Assembly: GCA_038207335.1 (NCBI GenBank)
Contig: JBBQZX010000023.1
Coordinates: 28,847-92,846, forward strand
Source of the DNA: Chthoniobacterales bacterium
GTDB taxonomy: Bacteria; Verrucomicrobiota; Verrucomicrobiia; Chthoniobacterales; Chthoniobacteraceae
Direction: 5' to 3'
DNA: 64,000 nucleotides
Positions 19,330 to 29,728 of the stretch are shown in pieces; position 1 is the stretch's first letter, and each line of letters begins with the position of its first letter. Made by a program: the position numbers and the translations under genes. The notes under the pieces were generated by a model. The model was not told where the DNA came from. It saw only the letters and a list, made by a program, of their open reading frames with translations, and searched no databases.

Positions 19330-22300
19330 TCAGCTCTGACGGCGGCGGCGGAGGCCGAGCAGGACGCCGGCGCCGGCGAGGAGGGTGGCGAGGGAGGCGG
19401 GCTCGGGGATGGCGGTGAGGACGACGTCGTTGCCGGTGCCGCCGCTGTAGGAGATGGTGAACTGCTGGCCGCCGGTGGCGACGAAGTATCCGTTTTGCTC
19501 GAGCCGGTTGCCGTTGTAAACGAGGCGGTTGGCGCCGAGGACGATGGCGTCGGCGGCGTCGTTGTTGAGGATCGTGAAGGTGCTGTTATTCGCCGGGGTG
19601 AAGCCGAGGCTGAGGGTGAAGGCGGTGTCGGCGGTCAGGGTGACGGTGCCGATAGTGTTGATCTGGTCGTGTTCAGTGCCTGCGGTGAGGCCGTTTAGCT
19701 CGAGTGACAGGGTGCCGCCGCCGAGGCTCAGCGCGCCGGTGTTGAGGATGCCGGGGCTGTTGCCAGGCGCGATGGTGCCACCGGCGAGGGTGAGCGCGGC
19801 AGTGGTGCCGCTGCCCATGACGGTTGCACCGGCATTTACCGTGAGGCTGCCGGTGATGGAGCCGTTGACGATCGCGGTGGCGGTGCCGCTGAGGGCGGTG
19901 CTGGTGGCGGCGAGGGTGCGGCTGGCGGCAATGTTGATGTCGCCATCGGTGACGGCGTATGCGCCGGAGATGGTTGCGTTGTTCGCCGCTACATCGAGGA
20001 GGCTGGTCTCGCCGGTCTGGGTGAGGGCGCGATTCAGGGTGCCGAGGTTGCGCAGGGTGCCGCCTGAGAAGTTGACGTTGTTGATGCTAGTCAGGTTCTT
20101 GCCCTGCATGTTCAGGACGCCGGCTGCGAGATTGAGTGTACTGGTGGAATTGGTGACCGTGCTGTTGCCGGCGATCTGGTTATTCACGGTCAGCGAGCCA
20201 CCGTTGATATTGAGCGTAGCGCTGGCGGATTGCGTGCCGCCAGGCGTCCCGTTGACGGTGCGAGGGGCGAGGTTGATGGCGTTGTTCGTGCCCGCAGAGG
20301 TGACGGTGACGTTGCCGCCGCCGATGGTGAAGGTGCCGGTCGCGGCGTTGGTGCCGCCGGTGATGGTGAGGGCGGTGTTGTTGAAGTAGCCGACTACAAT
20401 CGCGGAGGAGGCGGCAACGGTGGAGGTGAAGGACACATTGCCGCCGCCGATGATGAGGGTGCCGGTGGCTGTCTCGGTCGTGGGTTGCGTCCCGACGCTG
20501 TAGTCGAGCCCGCCGATGCGGGCAGCGAAGCCCGCGCTGACGTTGACATCGAGATTCGTCGTGGCGCTGGTGCCGAGGTTCAGGACGCCGGTGACTTTTC
20601 CCGCCCCGCCGCCGGAGCGGTAGCCGATATTGATCGCACCGACGCCGCCGGTGACCGTGCCGCCGGTCAGGTCAAATGTACTGCTCGGCGTGGTGCCGGT
20701 ATCGACCGTGTTCACTCCGACACTAAGCGCGGCGCGCCCGGCGGCGGTGCTGAAATTCAAGCTGCCGCCAGCACCGATGTTCGCAAGGGCGCTGGTTTTC
20801 ACGCCGCCGACGGTGAAGGCCGGCGTGGCGATCGTGGTGCTGCCGCCGCCGAAGTTCACGGTGGCGGTGGCGTTAGCGCCCTCATTCGGGCTGTTGCCGA
20901 CGAGGAACGCGTTGGTCGCAGTGATGAAGTTCACCGCCGTCGAGGAATTGGGCAGGCGGAGGAGGCCGGTCATTGCGCCATTCGACGCCGTGCCGAAGTC
21001 GTTTTCGATGCGGAGGTTGCCGACATTCGCCGTGAAGCCCGCTGAAGCGGCGAGGTCGAGCGTGCCATTGGTGGTCGTATTCACGGCGTTGTTGCGGCTG
21101 CCGATATTGATGCTGCTTGCAGCGCCGCTGCCGATGGAAAGCGTGGCTCCCGCGGTCCCGATGACGCTGCCGGTGCCGCCGTTCAAGCCGACATTCAGGT
21201 CGCCGCCGATCGTGGCTGCTCCATCGATGCGAAGCGTGGTGCCGGCACCGACTGTGGCGCTTCCGCCGACGCCGGTCGTCCCGCCGAGGGCAAGAGTGCC
21301 TGCCGTGGTGGCGATGTCGCCAGAAATGTTATTGGTGCCTGTGATGGCGAAGGTGCCCGCTCCCAGCTTCGTGAGTGGTCCGGCGCTCGTGATGTTTCCA
21401 TTCCAAGTGAGGACTGCGCCGCTCGTGGTGACATCGACGCTCGTCCCCGCGGAGCCTGCGGTAAGTGCGTGATCGGTGGCTGCGCTGACTCCTGTGTATT
21501 GGAGCGGGGCGAGATTCGACCCGGTGCTGAGCCGCAGGGTGGAAGATATTCCGAGCGCACTCGGCGTTCCAAGGTTGCCAACGTTCCCCAAGACGAGAGC
21601 GCCTTGATCGACGCGAATGTCACCGCTGAAGGTGTTCACTCCGCTGAGCGTGAGGGCTCCGGTGCCGGTCTTCAGGAGACTGACGACGCCCCCGCCGTTG
21701 TCGATGATGGGTGCAGCGATATTCAGCGCGGCGTTGTTCGTGAGGATGAACTCCGCAGCCGTGCCGGTGCCCGCTGTGAGCCCACCGCTGCCGGTGATGA
21801 CGGCGGCATTCGTGCCGACAATAATGCCCGCGCTTTCGATTTTCAGGGTGTTGCCCGCCACATCGACCGTGCGCGAGTCCAATGTGTTCGCAAAGCTGAG
21901 CGAATTAATGACGCGCGACGCCGTAAGGGTCGCGGTTGCGGTACCCGTGAGGCAGATGTTCTGGCCGGTCGCCCATGTGGATTCATCGGTATCGACGAGG
22001 CAATCGACAGCCGCGACACCGAGACCAAAGCCCCCGTCGAGACTGGTGGAGTATTTCGCAAACGAGCCGCCGACCGTGGCCCATGCGCCCATGAACGGCG
22101 TGCTCGTCTGATTTCCGAGGATGATGCGTGAGCTGTTGCCCGGTTGTCCGAGATTGGTGCCACCAAAGGAAACCGTAGCGCCGGACGTACGCACAAGCGA
22201 GGCGATGGTGAGTGCAGAGATGACACCCGGCGCGGTCTGCGTGGCGTTAATCGCATTCTTGCCGCTGAGAAGGGTGACGGTGCCGAGGCTTTCGGCGGTG

Positions 22301-24828
22301 TCGTTCGCGGCGCTCGCGAGGGAGGTCAGCGTGATCGAGCTGTTTGCGAGGTTGATCGCCACCCCGTTCGCGATGCGGTCGGCGGAGTCGCTTGCACTGT
22401 TGTCGATGAGGAGCGCGGCATCGGTCAGCGCGATGGAAGACGTCGCAGTGAGCTTGCCCGCCGCACCGCCGACTGAGAGCGTGCTGCCTGTCACGGTCGT
22501 CGCTCCGGTGTAGCTGCCGACCGAGGTGAAAGTGAGCGCGCCAGCACCGATCTTCGTCAGCGAACGCGCGCCGCCACTTTCACCCAATCCACCGCTGAAA
22601 CCGAGCGAGCCGGCTGTCACATTGAAAGTTGCATTTGCCGTGAGTGTGCTCGCTCCACCGAACTCAAGCCCGTAACCGTTGCCGCCGGTCACGTTCAGCG
22701 TCTGGCTTCCGTTCGTCAGGCCGCCCAGCTTGAAAACATTCCCTGCTGCGACCGTGCCGCTCGCGCGGTTCACGTCGATCGACACGCTCCCGGCGATCGT
22801 CCCCCGGGCGAAAATCCCGCTCGCAGCGACGACCGACACGTCGTTCCCATACGCGAAAGTCGTCCCAGTGACCCCACCTGCGCTGCCGTTGTCACGCAGG
22901 TTCAGCCCGCCGTCTGCCAGCACGATCGCCGCCGTGCCGATCGTCTTGCCAAAACCCGTCGTCGAGTTGTTCTCGAGGCGCAGATTTTTCCCCACCGTGA
23001 TCGTCCCCGAGTAAGTGCTCCCTGGATTCTGCACGATGAACGACCCATTGTTGAAATTGTAATTCGCCCGGTTCACCGCCACCCCGATCGCCGCGCTACC
23101 CGTCAGCAGCCCCGTGTGATTGATCGTGCGTCCGATGTTGTTCGTCGCACCAGCGGAGTCAAAGTCGCGCCAGAAGTCATTCAGGAACACATACGAATCC
23201 GCCGCCGCCGTGATCGGCCCGCTCACGATCCGGTTCCCACCCGTCGTCGCCAGTGCACCGCCATTCAGCGTGATCGCCTGCGCCACCGTCCCGCCGCTCG
23301 TGGCCAGGATGCCGCCATTGATGAGCACCGTATTCGTCGCCGAGGCATTGCCCAAATTCGTATTCAGAGCCTCCACGGTCCCGTTGTTGATGACCCACGC
23401 GCCCGAGAAATTCGGGCTCGACCCCGAGTTCAGCGTCAGCCGCCCCTGCCCGTCCTTCGTGAGCGTCCCGCTTCCCGTCAGGATGTCATTCAACGGCGCC
23501 GCCGTCGCGAACCGCAGTTGCGTGATCACCCCCACCTCCTGAAACGCCGTCAGGATGCCCAGCACCTCGATCGTCGCCCCATTTGCCCCCACCGTGATCG
23601 GCCGGTTCGTCACCGTCCGGTCCGCCGCATTCGTATCCAGCAGCCGCCCGCCATTGATCGTGATCGGATTGCTCGCGACCCCGAAGAACGTCGTGTAAGC
23701 CGCGCTGTCCGCGCCCCCCGTCGTCGTCTCCAGCGTCCCCCCGGTATTGATCGTGATCCCCCCCGCCATCGTATTCACCACCGTCGGCCGCACCGTCCCT
23801 CCATTGATCGTCAGCCCGCCCGCGAAACTATTCGCCGCCGTCAGGCTCAGAATCCCCGCCCCCGTCTTCGTCACTCCGCTCGCCCCCGACACCACCCCGC
23901 TCGCCGTCAGCGCGCCCCCCGTGGACACATCGAAAGTCACATTGTCATTCAGCGCGATCGTCCCCGAAAAAGTATTCGTCCCCGAGCCATTCGTCGCCGC
24001 GATCGTCTTCACCCCCGTCGAGCCCGCGCGCACAACGATCGGCCGCGCCACCGTCGTACCCCCATCCCCATCGCTGATCCGCAACGTCGCCCCGGCCCCC
24101 GTCGCCGCAGTATCGCCGAGCTGCAGCGTCCCCCCGCTCAGTCCCCCACCCTCCGCAAAACTCAGTGCCCCCGCATTGATGAACGTATCCCCCGAAAAAG
24201 TATTCACCGCCCCAAACACCACATTGCTGTTCTGATTGATCGACAGCGTGCTCAGCGCCCCGCTGATGACCCCATTGAAAGTCACCGTCTTCCCATTATT
24301 CCCGAAAATCCTCAACTGCTGCCCCCCCGTCACCACCACCGGCGTCGTCGCCGAGAACAGCAAATTGCCATTCACCGGATCGATCTCCGAAAATCCCCCC
24401 GCCCCGCCATTCAGCGTCAGCGCCCCCGACAAATTGAACGTCTGCAACGACGTCGAATCATTCTCGATCCGCGGAAAAGCCCCCCCGAAATCGAACAACG
24501 TGAATGCATTCCCCGTGATCGTGAACGCCGGATCGATCGCCAGCGACGTATCCTCAAACGTGATCCGATGCCCCGCATACCCCGTCAGATCATTCTGCGA
24601 GAAAATCGCGCCCGTGCTGCCCGCGGTCACCCACGCATTGCCGAAGAACAAGCTCCGTGTGTTCGTGTCGCCGCCGGGAGGTGCCCCATTGTCCCAGTTC
24701 GCATTCGTGCTCCAGAGCGTATCCGCGGCACCAGTCCAACCCGTAGCAGTTTGCGCGGAGGCAGATTCCGCGAGGAGGACGGATGCTGATGTGGCGAGGA
24801 TAAACGCGTGGCGGGAACGGAATTTCAT
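19330..24828 (-). CDS. Large PEP-CTERM surface protein with autotransporter-associated beta-strand repeats
   Basis: Signal peptide; repeats such as VTKTGAGILSLTAANSFAGGLTINGG and LLKTGTGALTLSGVNTFSG; C-terminal IPEPASLATLLAGAGVLLGLRRRR. Confidence 0.9.
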   Translation of the reverse strand: MKFRSRHAFILATSASVLLAESASAQTATGWTGAADTLWSTNANWDNGAPPGGDTNTRSLFFGNAWVTAGSTGAIFSQNDLTGYAGHRITFEDTSLAIDPAFTITGNAFTLFDFGGAFPRIENDSTSLQTFNLSGALTLNGGAGGFSEIDPVNGNLLFSATTPVVVTGGQQLRIFGNNGKTVTFNGVISGALSTLSINQNSNVVFGAVNTFSGDTFINAGALSFAEGGGLSGGTLQLGDTAATGAGATLRISDGDGGTTVARPIVVRAGSTGVKTIAATNGSGTNTFSGTIALNDNVTFDVSTGGALTASGVVSGASGVTKTGAGILSLTAANSFAGGLTINGGTVRPTVVNTMAGGITINTGGTLETTTGGADSAAYTTFFGVASNPITINGGRLLDTNAADRTVTNRPITVGANGATIEVLGILTAFQEVGVITQLRFATAAPLNDILTGSGTLTKDGQGRLTLNSGSSPNFSGAWVINNGTVEALNTNLGNASATNTVLINGGILATSGGTVAQAITLNGGALATTGGNRIVSGPITAAADSYVFLNDFWRDFDSAGATNNIGRTINHTGLLTGSAAIGVAVNRANYNFNNGSFIVQNPGSTYSGTITVGKNLRLENNSTTGFGKTIGTAAIVLADGGLNLRDNGSAGGVTGTTFAYGNDVSVVAASGIFARGTIAGSVSIDVNRASGTVAAGNVFKLGGLTNGSQTLNVTGGNGYGLEFGGASTLTANATFNVTAGSLGFSGGLGESGGARSLTKIGAGALTFTSVGSYTGATTVTGSTLSVGGAAGKLTATSSIALTDAALLIDNSASDSADRIANGVAINLANSSITLTSLASAANDTAESLGTVTLLSGKNAINATQTAPGVISALTIASLVRTSGATVSFGGTNLGQPGNSSRIILGNQTSTPFMGAWATVGGSFAKYSTSLDGGFGLGVAAVDCLVDTDESTWATGQNICLTGTATATLTASRVINSLSFANTLDSRTVDVAGNTLKIESAGIIVGTNAAVITGSGGLTAGTGTAAEFILTNNAALNIAAPIIDNGGGVVSLLKTGTGALTLSGVNTFSGDIRVDQGALVLGNVGNLGTPSALGISSTLRLSTGSNLAPLQYTGVSAATDHALTAGSAGTSVDVTTSGAVLTWNGNITSAGPLTKLGAGTFAITGTNNISGDIATTAGTLALGGTTGVGGSATVGAGTTLRIDGAATIGGDLNVGLNGGTGSVIGTAGATLSIGSGAASSINIGSRNNAVNTTTNGTLDLAASAGFTANVGNLRIENDFGTASNGAMTGLLRLPNSSTAVNFITATNAFLVGNSPNEGANATATVNFGGGSTTIATPAFTVGGVKTSALANIGAGGSLNFSTAAGRAALSVGVNTVDTGTTPSSTFDLTGGTVTGGVGAINIGYRSGGGAGKVTGVLNLGTSATTNLDVNVSAGFAARIGGLDYSVGTQPTTETATGTLIIGGGNVSFTSTVAASSAIVVGYFNNTALTITGGTNAATGTFTIGGGNVTVTSAGTNNAINLAPRTVNGTPGGTQSASATLNINGGSLTVNNQIAGNSTVTNSTSTLNLAAGVLNMQGKNLTSINNVNFSGGTLRNLGTLNRALTQTGETSLLDVAANNATISGAYAVTDGDINIAASRTLAATSTALSGTATAIVNGSITGSLTVNAGATVMGSGTTAALTLAGGTIAPGNSPGILNTGALSLGGGTLSLELNGLTAGTEHDQINTIGTVTLTADTAFTLSLGFTPANNSTFTILNNDAADAIVLGANRLVYNGNRLEQNGYFVATGGQQFTISYSGGTGNDVVLTAIPEPASLATLLAGAGVLLGLRRRRQS

Positions 24829-25015
24829 GATTGGGAAGATTGGGGTTTGGGCGGACCGGAAGAAGTGCCGGTACGGACGAGAGCATAGAGCTAAAAGGCG
24901 CGTAAGAATTGGGACATTTATTCGTCGCGACGGGAATCGCCCCGCGAAACGAGGAGCGACGAACGCATTTGGCCGCGGTCGCTTGATCGCGCATTTCGTC
25001 GCTGCCGAACGTGCG

Positions 25016-27412
25016 CTACTGCATCTCCCAAAAGACTCGGCCGGCCTCGGCCCAGTCGCGGCCTTGGACGGCTTGGTGGGCGGTGGCGCTCATTTTTTTG
25101 CGGAGCGCCGGGTCGCTGAGGAGGGTGCAGACGGCGCGGGTGAAATCTTCCACGTCTAGGGAGCGGGTGATGAAGCCGGTTTCGCCGGGGATGATGAGGT
25201 CTTTGGGCCCACCTTGGTCGGAGACGATGTTTGGAAGGCCGCTGGCGAGGGCTTCGACGACGACGTTGCCGTAGGTGTCGGTGGTGCTGGGGAAGAGGAA
25301 GATGTCGGCGGACGCGAAGGCGGTGGCGAGTTCGAGGCCGGCGAGGTATCCGGTGAAGATGGCGCCGGGGAGGAGGGTCTTGAGTTCGGCGACGTAGGGG
25401 CCGTCGCCGACGATGGCGAGGGTGGTTGAAGATGGCGCATCGTCTTTCAGGCGACGCCACATCTGCACGATGACATCAAGGTTCTTCTCCTTCGAGATGC
25501 GCCCGACGTAGAGGAGGACTGGCGAGCCCGGCACGGCGCCGCGCTTTTCCCAAAAGGACGGGTCGCGGCGGGAGGGCTGGAAGAGCGCGGTGTCGAGGCC
25601 GCGGGGAAGGATGCGAAATTTGTCGGCGGGGAGGCCGCGGTCGATCCAGGCGGCGCGGTAGCTCTCGGAATTCACGTAAATGCGGTCGAGCTGGCCGTAG
25701 AAGGCTTTCATGAAGGTCCATGTCAGCGTCTCGAGCGCGGCGTCCTCGGTTAGGATGCGAACGTACTGCGGGAAGTCGGTGTGGTAGATGCCGCTGGTGC
25801 GGAGGCCGAGGAGTTTGGCGGCGAGCAGGGCGGTGAGGCCGATGGGGCCGGGCGTGCTGATGATGAGCTCGGTGAAGCCCTCGCGCTGGACGTAGTCGAG
25901 GATCTCGAGGATGGGAGGGAAACTGAGCTTTTGCAGCTCGTACTCGGGCAGCTCGAACTCGCCGATGGGCGCGAAGTTTTTGATCGGGATTCCGGTGATC
26001 GAGATGCTGCCGCGCGAGGTGACGACGGTGAGGTCGCCGCCTTCCGCGATGGTCGCGGCGGTGAGCCTGCGGATGGTGTTGGCGACGCCGTTCACGTCCT
26101 CGAGGGTGTCGGTGAACCACGCGCGCTTGGTGTTGCGCAGCGGCGGGGCAAGTTCGCCGGTGAAGGCGCGGCTGACATCGCCGAGCCACGCGCGGTTCGG
26201 CGTCTGGCTCTGGAATGCGTAAACGTACGGCGCGAGCGTGCCGAGGATGGGGAGCATGACGCTGAGCTCCTGGATCGCGCCGATGACATTTCCCGAGGAC
26301 GCCTCGCGGACGAATCGCGTGAAGAAACGGAAGGCGAGCTGGTTGGCGAAGAAGTTGGCGATGATGAAGGCGCGGCGCTCGGGCTCTTGTACCCCGGCTG
26401 TTTCGCGGGCGAGCAGCGCTTTTACGTCGCTCTGCGAAAAGTGCGTCGCGAACTGCCGCCAGATGGACATGTTGGCGGGCTTGGCCATCTCGAAAATCTT
26501 TCCCGACGCGATCCCCTGCGCGACGAATCCCATCTTTTCGACCCACGAAAACTCGGTCGGATCCTTCCCCTCCATGAAGCGCGAGAACGCCTTGCCGATG
26601 AAACTCGAGCTTTCCGCGCCCGCGACTTTCGTGGCGATGAATTGCCGCAGGTTATTGTAAAGGCCGTGCGACAGCGCGAGCGGCGTGCCCCCTGCCCCGC
26701 GCGGCTCGCAGCGCCCGGCGCGGATGTGGGCGAGAAAATCGCGCACATTTTCGCACCGCGGAGTCTCGGTGAAGGCGGACGCCGGGAAGAGCCCGCCGTG
26801 GTCGTCGGAGCCGCCGACGAGCGCCTTTTTCCACGGCTCTTCGTGCGTCGGGGCGATGCCGTGGCGGTTCGCGAACTCCTCGATTTTTGCCGACGTGAGG
26901 CCGCTGAAAATGAAGCGGGCGACGTCGCTGAGCAGCGCGCTGCGGAGGCCGTTGATCCCCTCGAAATGCCGGAAAAGCAGCGCGAGTTTTTCGAGCTGCG
27001 CGACGCCGAGGCGCCCGTGCGTTTCGTAGAGCGGATGCGCCACCGCGTGCGCCAGGTCGTGCGCGGCGAGATATTTCTGCACGTCGACGATATTCCCGCG
27101 CAACGCCTGGAGGTCGCCATGCTGCGCCTCGCTGACCCCCCACACGAGCAGGTGCACGGCGGTGCGTTCCTCGGGAAAAAGCGCGGTGAGCTGCACGCTG
27201 AGGAACGCGCCGGGCAGGTCGGCGATTTCGAGGCAGCCGTCGATCCGGTCGTGGTCAGTGATCGTGACGAAATCCATCCCACGCGCCTTCACCGCGTCGT
27301 AAATCCCGCGCGGATCGGAGTAGCTGTCGGGCAGCCCGGCGCGGCGGAAAAGCCACTCCGGCGCGCGGTCGCTGTGGCGGGAGTGGAGGTGGAGATCGGC
27401 GCGGGAAATCAT
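25016..27412 (-). CDS. PHP-domain / GT4 glycosyltransferase fusion
   Basis: PHP motifs DLHLHS, TITDHD, AHP, GGSDDH; GT4 motifs NGVA, YHT, YVGRISKEKN, VGDGP, DTYGNVVVEALASG. Confidence 0.88.
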   Translation of the reverse strand: MISRADLHLHSRHSDRAPEWLFRRAGLPDSYSDPRGIYDAVKARGMDFVTITDHDRIDGCLEIADLPGAFLSVQLTALFPEERTAVHLLVWGVSEAQHGDLQALRGNIVDVQKYLAAHDLAHAVAHPLYETHGRLGVAQLEKLALLFRHFEGINGLRSALLSDVARFIFSGLTSAKIEEFANRHGIAPTHEEPWKKALVGGSDDHGGLFPASAFTETPRCENVRDFLAHIRAGRCEPRGAGGTPLALSHGLYNNLRQFIATKVAGAESSSFIGKAFSRFMEGKDPTEFSWVEKMGFVAQGIASGKIFEMAKPANMSIWRQFATHFSQSDVKALLARETAGVQEPERRAFIIANFFANQLAFRFFTRFVREASSGNVIGAIQELSVMLPILGTLAPYVYAFQSQTPNRAWLGDVSRAFTGELAPPLRNTKRAWFTDTLEDVNGVANTIRRLTAATIAEGGDLTVVTSRGSISITGIPIKNFAPIGEFELPEYELQKLSFPPILEILDYVQREGFTELIISTPGPIGLTALLAAKLLGLRTSGIYHTDFPQYVRILTEDAALETLTWTFMKAFYGQLDRIYVNSESYRAAWIDRGLPADKFRILPRGLDTALFQPSRRDPSFWEKRGAVPGSPVLLYVGRISKEKNLDVIVQMWRRLKDDAPSSTTLAIVGDGPYVAELKTLLPGAIFTGYLAGLELATAFASADIFLFPSTTDTYGNVVVEALASGLPNIVSDQGGPKDLIIPGETGFITRSLDVEDFTRAVCTLLSDPALRKKMSATAHQAVQGRDWAEAGRVFWEMQ

Positions 27413-28182
27413 CGGAAGATCGAGGAAAGCTGGCGCTGAGATTCGATCCACGCGGCGTAAGTGAGCGGCTCGCGCGACGCCAGCGCGCGGCGGGTGAGAT
27501 CGCCGATCTGCGCCCAGAGGGCGGGGTGCGCGACATCGACGGGATGGATGGAAATTCGCATGAGCGGGCATTCCCCCAGCCGCGAGAAAAGCCACGAATT
27601 CCAGGCCCGGCTCATCGCCCGGCGCCAGCCCGCGCGCACGCTCCAGACGAGTGATTGCGACCACATGGTGCGCCCATTTTGCAAATCCCGCACGCTGCCG
27701 AGCCGCGTCGTGTAGTCGATCCCCAGCTCTCGCAACGCAGCCTCCGCCTCCTCGCTGAGCAGCCACGCCGGCGCGATGAAGCCCGTCGGCGCGAGCCCGA
27801 TTTTGTTAAAATCCTCGCGCGCCTTCGAGACGAGCGCGTGCGCCGATGGGCGATCGAGGTCGAAGAATTCGCCTTCGTCCGCCGTGTAAAATCGCGTCGT
27901 TAGCCGATCCGCGAGCCCCTCCCCAGCGCGTCGCTCGCGCCGATGCTGCGACCCGTGAATCACGACCTCATGCCCCGCTCCCGTGAGCTCCGTCAGCCAT
28001 TCGCAAAACGCCGCATCCTCGAGAAAATGCCCGCGTCCATGATGATCCGGGATGACGAGAAGCGAGCACTTTTCCACGCCCCACTCGCGCAGCTCTGCGA
28101 GCGCCCGCGCACACTCCTCGCGCGTCCGTGGCGAGACATCGTGCAGCGAGATAACGAGATGTTTGGCCGGACGATCGAGCAT
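27409..28182 (-). CDS. Polysaccharide deacetylase family protein (DUF2334-like)
   Basis: VISLHDVSP, EVVIHG..H, EGEF, GFIAPAW, RISIHP; 4-nt overlap with the glycosyltransferase start. Confidence 0.8.
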   Translation of the reverse strand: MLDRPAKHLVISLHDVSPRTREECARALAELREWGVEKCSLLVIPDHHGRGHFLEDAAFCEWLTELTGAGHEVVIHGSQHRRERRAGEGLADRLTTRFYTADEGEFFDLDRPSAHALVSKAREDFNKIGLAPTGFIAPAWLLSEEAEAALRELGIDYTTRLGSVRDLQNGRTMWSQSLVWSVRAGWRRAMSRAWNSWLFSRLGECPLMRISIHPVDVAHPALWAQIGDLTRRALASREPLTYAAWIESQRQLSSIFR

Positions 28183-28445
28183 TGAGCGGGCAGTGAGCCT
28201 GCGCCGTGAACGCGTCGGGCGAACAGCACAAACACGCGCTGCGGGCTCACGGAATTCGCCATAGTCGCTAACAGCCACGCGACGGAAATGCTAACTGGGA
28301 CGCCGAATCCGAAATTCCAGTTGACGATGCCTATGACGGAGGATCGTTTAACGGGAGTGCGCTGCTTTCACTTCAATCGCAATTATTCGCGAGCCTGATC
28401 GGTCCGGACCGCCCGGCGATTGCCGCCCGTGCTAAACTTTTCCTC

Positions 28446-29093
28446 GTGCACGCTCTCCACTCCGATACAGCTGGCGGAGCGCTGCCGCACTCCTCGCGGA
28501 TGGTGGCTTGCCACGATTGCGACGCGCTATTCGAGACGCGCGAATTGCACCCCGGCGAGAGTGTCGTCTGCCCACACTGCTTGGCCAAGCTGCACACGTT
28601 TAGGCCGAATTCCGTGCATCGCTCCGCCGCGCTCGCGTTGAGCGCGGCGTCGCTTTTTGTCGTCGCAAATTTCTTCCCATTCATCGAACTGAAGGCGGGC
28701 GGGCAAAGCACGCGGATCGTGCTCGCGCAGAGCGTCTCGGAGCTGCAGGCACACGGCAGTCCATGGCTCGCGGCGGCGGTCGCGATGTTCATCCTCGCGG
28801 CACCGGCGATCATGCTCAGCGGGATGCTTTACGTGCTGCTGCCACTGCTCCGCGGACGCGTGCTTCCAGGTGCGCTCGTTGTGTGCCGGTGGATTTACGG
28901 GACCGATCCCTGGAATATGATCGAGGTCTTTCTGATCGGCGTACTCGTGAGTTTGATGAAGCTCGGCAGCATCGCGACGGTCACGCTCGGCGTCGCGTTT
29001 TGGGCATTTGCGGGGCTCATCGTCTGCCTCACCGCCGCGCTCTCGGCGATCGACCGGCGCGATCTTTGGGAAAAGCTGGAGGCGCTGGCATGA
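28446..29093 (+). CDS. pqiA: Paraquat-inducible protein A, N-terminal half (split PqiA)
   Basis: CHDCD...CPHC, ANFFPF, WNMIEVFLIGVLVSLMKL. Confidence 0.85.
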   Translation: MHALHSDTAGGALPHSSRMVACHDCDALFETRELHPGESVVCPHCLAKLHTFRPNSVHRSAALALSAASLFVVANFFPFIELKAGGQSTRIVLAQSVSELQAHGSPWLAAAVAMFILAAPAIMLSGMLYVLLPLLRGRVLPGALVVCRWIYGTDPWNMIEVFLIGVLVSLMKLGSIATVTLGVAFWAFAGLIVCLTAALSAIDRRDLWEKLEALA

Positions 29094-29728
29094 CCGCTCA
29101 CTTTCCACCCGGGAGCGCCGCCGCTCTCGGTCTCGCGTGCTGCCATGCGTGTGGCAAAGTGCAGCCTGTCGAGCTCGGTGCCTGCGCGCGGTGCGGAGGA
29201 GCACTGCATTTGCGAAAGGCGCACAGTCTCCAGCGCACGATGGCGCTCACTGCCGCCGCGGTGATGCTCTACCTGCCGGCGAATCTGCTGCCGATGATGC
29301 GCACGATCGGCTTCGGCGGCGGCGAAGAAAAGACGATCCTCGGCGGCGTCATCCTCTTTTGGGAACATCAGGCCTATCCCATCGCGATCGTCATTTTCAC
29401 AGCCAGCGTGGTCATTCCGATATTGAAGCTGATCGCCATCGTAACGCTCTGCATCTCCACGCGCACCGGACGCCGCCCTCAGGCGATGACGCGCGTTTAC
29501 CGGCTCACGGAACTCGTCGGCCGCTGGTCGATGGTCGATGTCTTCGTCGTCTCAATACTCGTCGCCGTGGTGCAGCTCGGTAATTTGTTGTCCATCGAGC
29601 CCGGCCCTGCGGCGGTGGCTTTCGCAGCCGTCATCATCCTCACGATGCTCGCCGCGATGTCATTTGATCCGCGCCTGCTGTGGGATGCCGCGGGTGGCCC
29701 GCGTATGCACCCCGCTTCCTCAAAATGA
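29090..29728 (+). CDS. pqiA: Paraquat-inducible protein A, C-terminal half (split PqiA)
   Basis: CHAC...CARC, YLPANLLP, VGRWSMVDVFVV, FDPRLLWD; ATGA overlap with the preceding gene. Confidence 0.88.
   Translation: MTAHFPPGSAAALGLACCHACGKVQPVELGACARCGGALHLRKAHSLQRTMALTAAAVMLYLPANLLPMMRTIGFGGGEEKTILGGVILFWEHQAYPIAIVIFTASVVIPILKLIAIVTLCISTRTGRRPQAMTRVYRLTELVGRWSMVDVFVVSILVAVVQLGNLLSIEPGPAAVAFAAVIILTMLAAMSFDPRLLWDAAGGPRMHPASSK

Noticed and set aside
28446..29728. Frameshifted pqiA pseudogene
   Set aside because: Each half has its own Cys-pair motif and they are coupled by an ATGA overlap; split PqiA is a common natural arrangement.
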